A stretch of 63,449 nt of DNA, counting the filler, from Reclinomonas americana ATCC 50394 (taxonomy: Eukaryota), in assembly GCA_048213135.1 (NCBI GenBank). It is 5 parts of 3 records of this genome, joined end to end, with 100 filler letters (N's around TTAATTAATTAA, not from the genome) between each part and the next. Parts side by side here need not be neighbours in the genome. Positions count along the whole stretch, not along the records: positions 23,632 to 51,198 come from PS015051.1; 4 more parts are not named here. One strand, given 5' to 3'. Of this stretch, positions 23,752 to 37,874 are shown piece by piece. The position numbers and the translations under genes are program-made. Positions within the stretch are counted from its first letter, which is position 1, and each line of letters starts with the position of its first letter. The notes under the pieces are model-generated. The model saw only the letters and a program-made list of their open reading frames with translations. It did not search any database and was not told the origin of the DNA.

Positions 23752-26700
23752 TTGTAGCACACGCCATAGGTCGCACCCGGGGTGACACCCGTGACATTGA
23801 TTACATACTCAGTGTCCGTGTTCGACACAAATGCACCAATAGTGACACCGGCTGCTTGTGCACCTGTCGCGCACGTCGTGCCGCCAGTGGTGTCAATGAT
23901 GACAATTGAGTCCATGTTGGAAAGGCTGTGAGAAAGAGATGTCAGTTGAAAGCGGAAGCAGCAAGCCAGGGGAAAAGCAACTGACCCAAATCCGGTAATA
24001 GTCAGAGGAGTGACGAGTGTCTTCACAACCGAGGCCGGCGCGAAGGACGTCGTGCCTTGAATGTACAGCAGTCCTGGAGCCGTGGCAATGGGAAGTGCAC
24101 CAATCCTGCAAGAAACCAGTCAGACGTCACAATCAGACTTGCAGACCTAGCAAGCAGAAAAGGATTCCACTCACTTGACGCAGACTTTGAAGGATCCTGC
24201 AGTGGTACCGCGCACCGGCACGTTCAGTGTTTGAGTGTTGGGCGAGGTCACCGTTCCTGTTGACAAGAGGGATCAGCTTCTCAATAAAGATGAGCAAGCA
24301 TGTCATACGACGCACCGACAGTGATGCTGGCATCCGACGTGGGGCCGCAAGCCGCCGCAGACGCCACGATGGTCACCGTGTCGGTGACGGCCAGGCCGTC
24401 ACCAGCAATCGTCAGCGTTGTGTCGGTGGTGGTGCTGGGGGCGATGGACTGGTAGTAGGGAAGGGGGTGAGGAGGACGGGAATGGGGGAGAGAAGGAAAA
24501 GGGGGAAGAGGAAGGAGGAAGAAAAAGGGGGAGTGCAAGGGAGTTAAAGGGGAGTGGAAGGGGGAGTGGAAGAGGGAGTGGAAGGGGTGAGTGGAAGGGG
24601 GAGAGAAAGGGGGAGTGAAAAGGGGGAGGGAAAGGGGGACGGGAAAGGGGGACGGGAAAGGGGGAAGGGAAAGGGGGAGCGAAGGGGGTGAAAGGGGGAG
24701 TGAAAGAGGGAGGAGATGAGGGAAGGAGAAGGGGAAGTGGAATGGGGAGAATGAAAGAGAAGGGGGAAGAAGCGAAGGGGAAGCAACGGGAAGCGTAAAC
24801 TGGAGAGTTGGGAGGAGTGCGCATTCGAGAAACAGGTAAGACGAAGAGACAAGACCTTTGGTGTAAACGAGCCCGGACCCGCTGCCGTGACGAGTCCACC
24901 GGTAACAGCGACAGGTGTACCAGTGGCCGAGAAGCTGACGCACACATTCGAGTCAGAATACAATCGGTCTCTGCGTTTCATCACCCGTTTGTCACCCCCT
25001 ACGCAACGCAATGCACAGCGAGAAATTCTGCGCCGTGTTCGACGTAATGGACACAGTGATTTGCTGGCTAGTACCGCCCGCCGGTGGAGTCACAGTCACT
25101 CCGGCAGCGGCCATTGGGGTGGGAGAGCAGGCCGTGTTGGCCACGACCGCGGTCACCACATCACTGTCGTGTGTGAGCAGTGGTACCAGATGACGGAGAA
25201 GAGGCGCATTAAACGAAACTTCGTGCCCAGACCCGATCCATTGATGGAGACCACCGTGGCAGTGCCGACCGGGATGGTGGACGGAGAGATACTCGTGGTG
25301 CCTGTGCACAACGCTGTCAGGAACTAAATGCGGACAACTGTGCATTGGCACACGCACCCTGCACGTCGAGAGAGCCACCGATGGCCGCCAGCGAGCCCAC
25401 CGTCTTGAAGCACAGGAAGTAGCTGCCAGTGGCGGCGTTGGTGGTGGTAAGCGAAAAGACGTAGGTGGTCGCCGACGGGGCGGTTGGTGTGGCTGTTGGA
25501 AGGGAAGAGACAGGATGGTGAGTAAGCTGTGTTGAAAAGCATTCAATTGAAGGCAAACGAACCAGTCGCAAAACCAGTGGCTGCAGTGGCGCAGGCATTC
25601 GTCGTTGACACTTGCACGGTGGTGGTGGCCACGGTCAAACCGTAGCCGGTGAGGGTGATTGACGTGGTGCCGCTGGCCGGGACGCTCTGTGGCGGGGGAA
25701 GGAGGAAATGAGACGAAGGAAAAGAGAGACAAAGGGAGAGGGAGAGGGGGAGAGGGAGAGGGGGAGAGGGAGAGGGAGACGGAGAGGGGAGAGGGAGACG
25801 GAGAGGGAGACGGAGAGGGGAGAGGGAGACGGAGAGGGAGGAGAGGAGAGGAGAGGAGAGGAGAGGAGAGGAGAGGAGAGGAGAGGGAGACGGACAGAGA
25901 CAGAGAGGTAAGGCAAGAGAGAAAGAGATACAGAGAGGTAAGGAAAGTGCAAGATAATTAAGGTGAATTGAGATGGAAAGCAGAAAAAGAGAAACGACAG
26001 GCAAAGATGCAACGAATGGTATTCGTGGAGGGCGAAGGTGGGTGCAGGATTGAGAAAAGCGACATCAAGGGCGCGCTCTCTTTGTCGCTCACACTCGCTT
26101 TCTCTCTTTATCTGTCTATCTGTCCCTCTCTCTCTCTCTCACTCTCTTTCTCTTCGTCTCTCTCACTCTCTGGGTGCAGCACGTACCAGAGGAGAGAACG
26201 ACGTGGCGCCCGAGATGGTGAGCTGACCACCATTCACAGGAATCGGAGATGCCGCACCCGGAAGCCTGTGCCATTTCAAGTAAGCCACCCATCTGAAAGC
26301 AATGCTGCTCAAATCAACGCAACGTGATGCACAGCGTGACCAGTGCGCCAGCAGCAGAGACAGCCGTCGATGTGACCGACAGCGTCGCCTCCGTGCTTCC
26401 GGTAAACGTGGGCATCGCACCGATGGTGATGCTGGCCGGCTGGGCGTCACCGCAATTGCCACTGGTGACGGCCTTGAAGGCGTCGCCCATGGCCAGACCG
26501 AAGCCAGTGACAATCACATTGGTGGCGGCGTTCACTTGGATTTCGGTGGGCGAGAAGGTGGTAGTGCCTGCCAGCGGAGAATAATCAGTAACCACAAAAA
26601 TGGAAGAGGGGGGTGAGCAATCCATACCAGCAACAGTGAGGACGCTGCCTGCGGCCGTGTATGTGGCTCCACCACCAAAGCTGCAATGCACAAAGCACGT

Positions 26701-29700
26701 AAGCTGCAGCGAATCCCATTGTTGCTCTTTCCTCTTCATCTCACACTCACCTGATGCAAATGGTGAAAGTGCCAGCGACGGTCGACTGCGCCTGAATGTT
26801 CACCGGCAGCAGAATGGCCGTCGGCGCGGGATTGGTACTCAGCGTGGCGGTCACATTGGCGGCCGGCGTGGGATTGCCGTTGCAGGCCGTGGCTGCGGTG
26901 CCGCTGACAATCTTCACCACGTCGTTGGCAGAGAAACCGGTGCCGGTGATGGACACGAGGGTGGTCTGGCCGGCGTTGATGGTGGCGGGGGTGAATGCTC
27001 CGGCGCCTGAAGAGGAAAAGGGGGTGGTAAGGGAAAGGGTGGTAAAGGAAAGGGTGGTAAGGGAAAGGGGTGGTGAGGGAAAGGCGGTGGTATGGGAAAG
27101 GGTGGCAAGGGAAAGGTGGTAAGGGAGGTGGTGGAAAGGGAAAGGGTGGAGAAGGTGGTAAGGGAAAGGAGAGGAAGCAAGAGGAGAAGGAGAGGAGAGG
27201 AGTGGAGTAGAGAGGGGAGGGAAGGAAAGGAGAGGAGAGGCAAGGTGAGGGGGAAAGGAGAAGAGGGAAGAGGAGTGAAGAGGAGAGATGAGAGGAGGGG
27301 AGAGGAGAAGAGAGAAGTAGAGAGGAAAGTGGAGAGATGTGCAATAAGAGAAGGGATGCAAAGAGAAGGGAAACGAGAGGAGAGGAGTGAAGAGAAGAGA
27401 GTGGGAATAAGAGAGTGGTGAAAAGATATGAAAAAAGTTCGGATAAACCGAAGGATTGGAAAGGAAAATGATGAAATGAAAGAGGGAAGGAGAGGAATGC
27501 AGAAGAGTGCATGCTCAGTGTTCTCGTGCAGAACCTGCACGCGTGCTGCACATCGTCAACGAACAATAGAGAGGAAACACGAAAAAGGAGACAAGATTGC
27601 GGGATGAGAAGCCCGATGCAATTGCTACTGGAGAGCAGCGAGAAAGAAAGGAATATTTAGGAGTGAGACGAGTCGAAACAAGAGCAACTCACCTTGGATG
27701 TAAAGGAAGTTCGGCGAGGGCAGCTGCGTGTAGGCACCGCCGGTAGTCCTGCAAATCAATTCGTGTGAGTTCAAGTGGGGGATTACGCGCCGTTTCTCCT
27801 TTCCGCCTCATCTTTTCACTCCTCGCTCACCTCTCTCTGCATTAGCTATTCATCTCTCTCCCATCTCCCGCCATCTCCCGATCATTTCGCTTCTGTTATC
27901 TCCTCCCCCTGTCCTCTCATCTCCACCTCAGTTCTCTCCTCCCCCTGTCCTCTCTTCCGCTCCCCTTCTCCCTCGATCCCCTTCTGCTCTCCTATCCTCT
28001 TCTCTCCTCTCCTTTCCTTTCCTTTCCTCTCCTCTCCTCCCCTTTCCTCTCCTCTTCTCTGCTCTTCTGTCGCCCGTCGCAACTGGTAGCACACAGCAAA
28101 CGTTCCGGCGGCGGTACCAGTAGCGCTGAACGACAGAGTAGTTCCGTCGCCACTCGGCGTGATGGCGGCTACGAATGAATGTGTAAGCAGGAGTACACGA
28201 CAATCCAAGTGAACAAGAAAAACGCAACAGACGGTGACCGTGGTCGCGTCGTTGGCGCAATTCACATTGGCGGAGTTGGGCACAACGCGCACCAAGTTAC
28301 CAGCAGCAAAGCCGACGCCAGTCAACGTCACTGTGGTGGCCGCGGCGGGGATGGAGACCGGGGAGAGCGAGCTGGCGCCCGACAGGACGAGGGTGCCCGT
28401 GATGGCCACGCTGGCGGCGGCGCCCGTGTACCTGCGGATCGATAGTCACACACCAAAGACAAGAAAAAGCACAAATTGAGAGCCGCGAGTCGCAACTTGA
28501 TGCACACGGAGAGATTCTGCGGCGTCGTGCTGGCGGTGATGGGCACGGTGAGACCGGAGGCCGAGGTGGCTACATTGCCGAGAGTGATGCCACCGGGGGC
28601 GGCCGCAGTGCATGCCGAGCCCGAGGGCACGACCGTCACCACGTCACTGCGCCACAAAGTAAGACACTGACATCACCCCCACTGTGTCCCTTACAATGAC
28701 AACGCAACGTGGCCTGCAGTCCAGTGCCGGTAATGGTAACCTGCGTCGCAATGCCCACTTGCACATTCAGCGGGGAGAAAGTGGAGGCGCCGGTGACGGC
28801 CAGCGAGAGGCCCGAGACGGCAACCGAACTCGACGTGCCAATCTTGTAGCACACCGTGTAGAGTCCAGCGGGGGCGGTGGTCGAGTTCACCGTCGCCGTC
28901 AACACTGTGTCGCCCATGGTCGAGGTCGGCGCCGTGGCCGTTATGGCCGGCACAGCGGTACCCGTGCATGCTGCATTGGCGCCGCTGATAAACGTGAATT
29001 GCACGTTGGCGGCTACGAGGCCGACGCCGGTGAAGGACAGAGTGGTTCCGGTGTTCGGCAGCACCGAGGTGGGCGAGAAGGTGTTGATGCCGTCGACGGC
29101 AAAGGAGCCGCCCAGCCAGAGAGAGTACGCCTCGCCGGTGGCCAGTCTTGGAATAGGGGAAGGGGGAAAAGGGGAAAGGGGAAAGGGGAAAGGGAAGGGT
29201 GAGGGGAGGGTGAGAGAAATGAATGATAAATTATGTTGAGTGGGAACGGGGAAAGGTGAAATGAGACCGGGTGAGGAAGAAGAGCGAACGGCGGTATACG
29301 GTGAACAGGTGAAGAGGCGAAAGAGGGAAGGGGCGACAAGATGAGAGAGGAAGGAAAGGGAAAGGTGCGAACAGAGGAAAAACAAGAGAATAGAGTAACA
29401 GAAGCAGAGTGCAAAAGAGAGGAAGTCAGAAAAGCATGCAGTCGACAACTCACCGAATGCACAGATTGAGCGACTGCGCCTTGGTTGACGTCATGTTGGC
29501 GGTGAGATTGGTGGCGCCAGTCGAGGCGATGCCGGCAAATGACGTGTTCCCGTCCGCAGCGCCACTGCAGTCGCCTGGGGCGACCACCGCCATGAGCGCG
29601 TCCGATGCCGCCAGACCGGTACCCGTGGCCTTTTCGTAACAAAGAGGAATGTAAGCAGTCTGCGTGATGCTCACTTTGTGAAAATCCACTCACCGTCAGT

Positions 29701-32505
29701 GGCACCGCCGTGCCAATGAAACCGCTGTTCGGCGTGTACGACGTGACACCTGCGCGAGAAGACAAGAAAATGAGCACGACCGCTGCCACCAGTTCCCTTC
29801 TCAGTCTCCATGCTTTCCGCACCATTCACAGTGATGCCCGTCGAGGCAGCCGTCGAAGCGTAACCCGTGATCACGTAGCACAGCGTGTAGGCACCGGGCT
29901 TGGTGGCGGTGGTGGCAAACGACAGCGTGGTGGCCGTGGCCGTCACGGCGCCGACTGTGACCGAGGTGTCGGCGGTGCCGGGGCAAGTGGCATTGGCGCC
30001 GGCCACGTACGCCACGGTGGGAGTGCCGGTGTAGACGCCAGTGGCAGTCACAGTGGTCTGCACATTGGCACTAAAGGTGGCGGGAGCCACCGACGTGGTT
30101 CCGTAGACGGTCAAGAGCAGGTTCGGGACGGCGCTAAAGGTGTTGCCGCCGTTGGGGGCGTAGCACATTTTGAGGATTTGGGCGGTGGGTGATGTCACGG
30201 TGAAGGAGAGGTTGGTGGCGCCGGTGGAGGCGAAGGTGGTGACCGTCACGCCGTTGGCCATGGCTTGCGTGCAGTCGCTGAGAGGGGGGGAGAGGACAAG
30301 GGGTATGAGGGGAAGGGGGTATGAGGGAGAGGGGGGTATGAGGGGGAGAAGGGGGAGAGGGAAAGTGGGTATGAGGGAGAAGGGGGAGAGAAGGAGGAGG
30401 GGGTATGAGGGAGAAGGGGGAGAGGTAAGAGGAGAGGAAAGGGGGAAAGAACAGGGGGAAGGAACAGGGGGAAGGAATGGGAAGAAATTGGGGAAGGAAA
30501 AGGGGGAAGGAAAAGGGGAAAGGAACAGGGGGGAAGGAAANNNNNNNNNNNNNNNNNNNNAGGAACAGGGGGAAGGAACAGGGGGAAGGAACAGGGGGAA
30601 GGAATAGGGGGAAGGAATAGGGGAAGGGGAAGGGGAAGGAAAAGGGGGAAGGAAGAAGGGAACAGGGGGGAAGGAAAGGGGACGAGGAAAGGGGGAAAGG
30701 GAGATGAAAGCAGGGGATAAGGAAGGACTAAACAGAGAACTGGGATGGGAGACAGAACGGCGACAGGCGGACAGAGGGGACAGTATGAAGTGTATAGAGA
30801 GAGTTCAGCAAAGGGAAGAGAGAAGGAAGAACAGTGGAGAGCGGAAGCACACTATGAAGAGCAATATGGGGAGCAGGAAAGGAACTCAAAAAAGGAAGAG
30901 CGGGGAAGAGAACAGTGTGCAAACACTTAGAAGGCCCAGAAGCATGCATGAAACAGAGAGACGGGTTGTTCCAGAAGCACAGGATATGAGGAACAAGCGC
31001 ACAGCGAAACGAAAAGATTGCAGATACTGAGCGAAGAGGATCAGAGCAAAACACGGTAAGAAAGATGAGATATCAACGCAACCTGGCCTGCGGGACCATC
31101 TTGATCTGCTCATTCGCCGCGAGATTGGTGCCGGCGCATACAATGTTGACTGCCGCGCCCATGAAGCCGACGACAGGTGCAAAGCTGGCAATGCCGTCCA
31201 CGGTGAAGGTGGAGGAGGCGAGGGTGGCCGGCAGCGTGCCGACCGTGTAGCACACTGCGATGCGGGAAAAGAGTGAGTTGATACAAAAAAAGCAAAGCAC
31301 GCTGACTCTTCCTGTTCTGCTCTCTCTCTCTCTCTCATCCCCCGCTGAGCACCTGAATAGACACCCGCATTGGTGCCGGTGGTGATGGTCACGGTGGCGG
31401 TCGTGCCGTTCAACGTCACTGCGCCGACCGTGAAGGAGTTGTCGCCCGTGGCGGTGGCGCAGTTGGCGTTGGCGCCCGCCACAAAGGAGATGGTCATGGA
31501 GCCGGTCAGGCCAATGCCGTTGAAGGTGAAGTTGGTGGCGGTGGCCGGGGCGGCGGAGGCGGGGGTGTAGGAGGAGACGCCGGTGACCTGGGAAATGGGG
31601 GAAGGGTGGGAAGGGGAAGGGCGGGAAAGGGGAGGAAAGGAGAAGAGCAGGAAAAGAAGAAGAGGAAGAAGGAGGAGGATGGGGGACAAGTGGACCTAAA
31701 CAAGGAAGCACAGCGCGATTCACGAGAAAGTATAGCAAGGGATTAGAGATCGTAATCATATGCTTGCAGGGAGAAAAGAACTAAGAGAGTGGAGAGAGAG
31801 GAGAGAGAGAGGAGATAGAGAGAGAGAGGAGAGAGAGAGCGCGCGCGCTGAACACGCAGAGCAGGCCACATTAGAGGGCGCAGAGAATATGACGATAAAA
31901 AATTCAGCAGGAATCAGAGACCGCAGTCAGTGTGTTGCGCGGAGACAGAGATGAAGGGAGAAAACAAGTAAAAAGAGAGAGGGGAGACCCGCAGAGTGGT
32001 CACACTAAGGGCACAGAGAATACGACAACTCAACACGAAAAAGAGAGATGTCATGTGAGCAATAGTCAGACAGACAGTGCAAGGCAAAAAGGAGAGCGAG
32101 GGAGTAGAGCTGCAGAGAGACGCGGAGAAGAGAGAGATAGCACTGTAGATGCACACACCGTCAGCGTCTGCGTGCCGAGCTGGACAAACGAGGCGGCGCC
32201 AGCAGGTCTGCAAGAACGAGTCAGCGCGTTGTAAATCGCAAGAAATTGCATAACTCACGCAACTGAATGCACAGCATGACCGTCTGCGGAGTCGTCGTGG
32301 CGAAGGTGACGCTCACTTGCGTGGCCTGCGTGACATTGGCCGCCGTCACCGTGACGTTTCCGACAGCAGCGTCCGTGCAGGCACCAGTACTGGCGACGGC
32401 CTTGATGCCGGTGACCGCGCCGAGCGGGATGTTCGAGCCTGGGCAAGAGGGGGAAGGGGAGTGAGACGGAGGGGAAGAAAAAGGAGAAGAAGGAGAAGAA
32501 GAAGA

Positions 32506-32578
<73 letters not shown>

Positions 32579-33320
32579 NNNNNNNNNNNNNNNNNNNNNN
32601 NNNNNNNNNNNNNNNNNNNNNNNNNNNNNNNNNNNNNNNNNNNNNNNNNNNNNNNNNNNNNNNNNNNNNNNNNNNNNNNNNNNNNNNNNNNNNNNNNNNN
32701 NNNNNNNNNNNNNNNNNNNNNNNNNNNNNNNNNNNNNNNNNNNNNNNNNNNNNNNNNNNNNNNNNNNNNNNNNNNNNNNNNNNNNNNNNNNNNNNNNNNN
32801 NNNNNNNNNNNNNNNNNNNNNNNNNNNNNNNNNNNNNNNNNNNNNNNNNNNNNNNNNNNNNNNNNNNNNNNNNNNNNNNNNNNNNNNNNNNNNNNNNNNN
32901 NNNNNNNNNNNNNNNNNNNNNNNNNNNNNNNNNNNNNNNNNNNNNNNNNNNNNNNNNNNNNNNNNNNNNNNNNNNNNNNNNNNNNNNNNNNNNNNNNNNN
33001 NNNNNNNNNNNNNNNNNNNNNNNNNNNNNNNNNNNNNNNNNNNNNNNNNNNNNNNNNNNNNNNNNNNNNNNNNNNNNNNNNNNNNNNNNNNNNNNNNNNN
33101 NNNNNNNNNNNNNNNNNNNNNNNNNNNNNNNNNNNNNNNNNNNNNNNNNNNNNNNNNNNNNNNNNNNNNNNNNNNNNNNNNNNNNNNNNNNNNNNNNNNN
33201 NNNNNNNNNNNNNNNNNNNNNNNNNNNNNNNNNNNNNNNNNNNNNNNNNNNNNNNNNNNNNNNNNNNNNNNNNNNNNNNNNNNNNNNNNNNNNNNNNNNN
33301 NNNNNNNNNNNNNNNNNNNN

Positions 33321-33395
<75 letters not shown>

Positions 33396-36300
33396 CAGGG
33401 AGACAGAGAGACAAAGAGACAGAGGGAGGGAGAGAGAGAGAGGAGAGAGAAGAAAAGAAAGAAAGAAAGAAAGAAAGGAAGCAAGAAATGAAGAGAGAGA
33501 GAGAGAGAGAGAGAGTAACTGCGAGTAGCCTCCTCATTCTTTGTTCATGCTCGAAAGAGAGGCGGTTGAGAAAGGTAGAAACATAGCAGCGGTACGACTT
33601 TCCACGCCCAGGGGAGCAGGGACAGAACAGCACCTATCTGCGTGCGAGAGAAGAACGCCAGACTCACTGATAGATGTCCCCGCTTCCTACAAAAACAGCA
33701 TACCTGTGCCCGTGATCGCCGTGGTGGTACGATTGGCATCATTCACCGCCACCGTGGTTGGTGAAATAGAGGTGAAGCCTGCACAGAATAAAGTGAGCGC
33801 TCACCCAACCTCTACGTTATTGAACAAGCGAAACGCACCGCCCACAGTCAGCTGCGACAGCGAGGCCCAGTTCAGGCCGGGGATTCTGCGACAAGTTCGC
33901 GTGAGCAAACCAAGCACACAAGGACGAATTTCACATTGCCGCGCAACTGGTAGCAAATGTAGTACGAATTGCCAATGGCCGCCGCGGACGGAGTCAGCGC
34001 CGCCAGCAGTGTCGTCGTCTGCGGGGTAATAGTGCCAATGGTAATGTCGGTGGTGGTGGTCAACGTGCTGCAGTCGGCCACTGGCATTTTGCCGATCTTG
34101 ATGAGCGTGTTGGTCACCAGACCCTGGCCGGTCAGCGTCACTGTGGTGGCAATGGTGGCGAGAATGCCCTGCGGGCTGAACGACGATGCGCCGTTCACCG
34201 GAAAGCCGCCGCTTGGGACGGCCACAAATGCCGCCGAGCCGGAGAATCTGTGCCATCAGCAGTGAGCAGAAGAGTGTGTGTGTGTGTGTGCGTGACGTGG
34301 CATCCCTCCAAGTCGCAACTGGAAGCACAGCGCGAGGGTGGCGATGGGAGTTGTGCCTGTTATAGTGGCTGTGTAGGTGACGTTGGCGGTAGTGGGATTG
34401 GTGATGGTGATGGAGGCGGCGGCGGCGCTGGCGCATGTGCCGTTGCCGCTGGTGTCGACGACTTTGAGGGTGTCGTTGGCGGTGAAGCTGCAGAGAGGGA
34501 AAGGAGAAGGAGGAAGGGGTGAGGGGGAAGCAAAGGGGGAAGGGGAAGAGAGTGAAAAGGAGAAGGCGGAAGAATAGGGGAAGGGGGTGAAAAGGGGAAA
34601 ACAGAAGAATAGGGAAGAAGATGGTGGGGGGATGGTGATGTGCAGGGAACGGGGAGGACGAGGGAAGTGGAAACAAAAACGAAACGCATAAAAAACTATC
34701 AAGGATTGAAGAAGAAGGGAGACACATGAAGGTACAATACTCGAAAATACGAAGGGCTGACGAGAAAGAGCGAAGGGTTGCGACAGGGCTGGAGTGCGAG
34801 AGTGGGGACGACAACGAATTGACATACAAAACGTAGACACGTGTAAGAGAGAAGTGAGACACAGAGTAAAGTGAAAGGAATAACTGGGGAAGGGGGGCGG
34901 CAGAGAGAGAAAGAGAAAAGAAGAAGAAGAAAGGAGATAATGAAGGCGCAAAGTCGAAAAAACGAAGGGCTGGCGTGAAAGATCGAGTTGCGACCAGGCT
35001 GGAGTGCGAGAGTGGGGACGACAACGAATTGACACACAAAGCGTAGAACACGTAAGGGAGAAGTGAGTCGCAGAGTAAAGTGAAAGGAGCAACTGGAGAA
35101 GGGGGGCGGCAGAGAAAGAGAGAAGAAGAAGGGAGGAAATAAATGAAGACAAAATACTCGAAGAAACGAAGGGCTGACGAGAAAGAGCGAGGGGTTGCGA
35201 CAGGGCTGGAGTGCGAGAGTGGGCACGACAACGAATGTTGAAGGAAAGAAACTGGATTTGACACACAAACGTAGCAGACGCAAGACAATAGTGAGTCGCA
35301 GAGCAACGTGAAAGGAATAACTGGAAGGAGGGCGGCAGAGAGAGAAGACTTCGGAGATTGGACAGGATTACACGAGACAGAGCAGGTTGATGAAGCTGAG
35401 ACAAATAACTCACCCGAAACCATTGATCTGCGCAAAATAGAGAAATGGAAGGTGAGCATGTTGCCGCAACGAGTTGTGGGACAGTGGCTCACTCACCGTC
35501 AGCGTCGTCGCGGTATTCACCAGCAGTTGTGGGTTGTTGGGAGTGACGCTAGTGGTGCCTGCACCACATGGTGTGTGAAATAATGGGACAAACAGAGACA
35601 TCTCAGGAATATAAACGCACCTTGCACGTACAGGGTCCCGGGCACGCTGTAAAACTGGGAGCCAGTGGTCCTGATGGTTTGCGAGTTAGAGCGCGTCTAG
35701 CGACACGAGATTAATTGGAGGACACTCAACTGTATGCAGATGGTGTAGGCGCCAGCAGTTGTTCCAGTCACAGGCGCAGTGGCATTGGTGTCTGTGGGGG
35801 TGACGGTGCCTGGAGGAATAGGGGGAAATGGGTGAGTCACGAGAAAGATGGCAGAGAGAGAGAGAGAGAGAGAAAGAAAGAANNNNNNNNNNNNNNNNNN
35901 NNNNNNNNNNNNNNNNNNNNNNNNNNNNNNNNNNNNNNNNNNNNNNNNNNNNNNNNNNNNNNNNNNNNNNNNNNNNNNNNNNNNNNNNNNNNNNNNNNNN
36001 NNNNNNNNNNNNNNNNNNNNNNNNNNNNNNNNNNNNNNNNNNNNNNNNNNNNNNNNNNNNNNNNNNNNNNNNNNNNNNNNNNNNNNNNNNNNNNNNNNNN
36101 NNNNNNNNNNNNNNNNNNNNNNNNNNNNNNNNNNNNNNNNNNNNNNNNNNNNNNNNNNNNNNNNNNNNNNNNNNNNNNNNNNNNNNNNNNNNNNNNNNNN
36201 NNNNNNNNNNNNNNNNNNNNNNNNNNNNNNNNNNNNNNNNNNNNNNNNNNNNNNNNNNNNNNNNNNNNNNNNNNNNNNNNNNNNNNNNNNNNNNNNNNNN

Positions 36301-37829
36301 NNNNNNNNNNNNNNNNNNNNNNNNNNNNNNNNNNNNNNNNNNNNNNNNNNNNNNNNNNNNNNNNNNNNNNNNNNNNNNNNNNNNNNNNNNNNNNNNNNNN
36401 NNNNNNNNNNNNNNNNNNNNNNNNNNNNNNNNNNNNNNNNNNNNNNNNNNNNNNNNNNNNNNNNNNNNNNNNNNNNNNNNNNNNNNNNNNNNNNNNNNNN
36501 NNNNNNNNNNNNNNNNNNNNNNNNNNNNNNNNNNNNNNNNNNNNNNNNNNNNNNNNNNNNNNNNNNNNNNNNNNNNNNNNNNNNNNNNNNNNNNNNNNNN
36601 NNNNNNNNNNNNNNNNNNNNNNNNNNNNNNNNNNNNNNNNNNNNNNAAGGAGTGGGGAGAGAAGGAGTGGGGAGAGAAGGAGTGGGAGAGAGGGAGTGGG
36701 GAAAGAGAAGGAGTGGGGGGAGAAGGAGTGGGGGAGAAGGAGTGGGGGGAAGGAGTGGGAAGAGACAAAGTGAGGAAATAGTCGGAGTGGGGGGAAGGAG
36801 TGGGAAGAGACGGAGTAGGGGGACACAGAGTGAGGAAAGAGTCGGAATGACGGAAGAGACGGAGTGAGAGAAACTGAGAGAGGGAGGATAGCGATTCGGG
36901 AAAGTTGTGAGCAGGATGACGGGACGCAGCGGGTTGCAGGCGAGGGAAATTCAACAGGGAAAAGGAAAATGCAGAAGAAAGAACGAACAGAATCACTGTG
37001 CGCTTCTGTTTCTCTGCATGACAGAGAGAGAATGAAATGAATCTTTGACTCAAGCAACATGCGTGCAAATGCGAGGGGACTCGTCTTCCTATTCTGACGT
37101 TACCCCACTATTGCGTCTCCATAACGTAGACTTCCCACTCTCACTTTCCCTTGCCTCATGCGAACTCACCAAATGAGGCGCCAGTGGCTGCCGCCGCAGT
37201 GCTGCACTGGCCACTCGCGTCAATAACTTTGAAGGTCGCGAAGGCAAGGCCAGTGCCGGTGACGGTGACGGTGGTGGTGGCCACGGCGATCGACTGCGAC
37301 ACGTGTGAGAATTGGAGAAAGCGAGTGCTTGAGTTGGTGCGACTCACCGCCGGCGAAAACTGCGAGGCCACCACGACGGCCAATGCACCGACATTTGTGT
37401 ATGTGCCCGTGCCGGCCTCGTCAAAGCAGAGAACGCCGGAGAAGGACGTGTTAGGCACGGTGATGGAGAAGGTGAGCACGGTGCCGCCGTTGGACAGTGC
37501 GTTGTTGGCAAAGGTGAAGCCGGCGGCATCGTTTCCGGAGCAGTCGGTGGCTGTGCGGGCGGCCACCTGCGACGGGCAAAGGGAAAGTGAGCGAAAGGGA
37601 TAGGGGGCAGCGAGGAGAAGGAGGGAAGAATTCAAGCTCTTGCGGAATAAGCTGAGAGTCACAGCAGGTGTTCAAATGACTGACTGAACGGGAGAGAGAG
37701 AAAAAGAGAGGAAGAGAGAAAAGAGAGAGGGGCGAGGAGAGAGTAAGCTATTCTCTCTCTGCGATTTCGTTAACCGTTCGNNNNNNNNNNNNNNNNNNNN
37801 CTACTCTACTTACTTACTTCCTACTCGTC

Positions 37830-37874
<45 letters not shown>

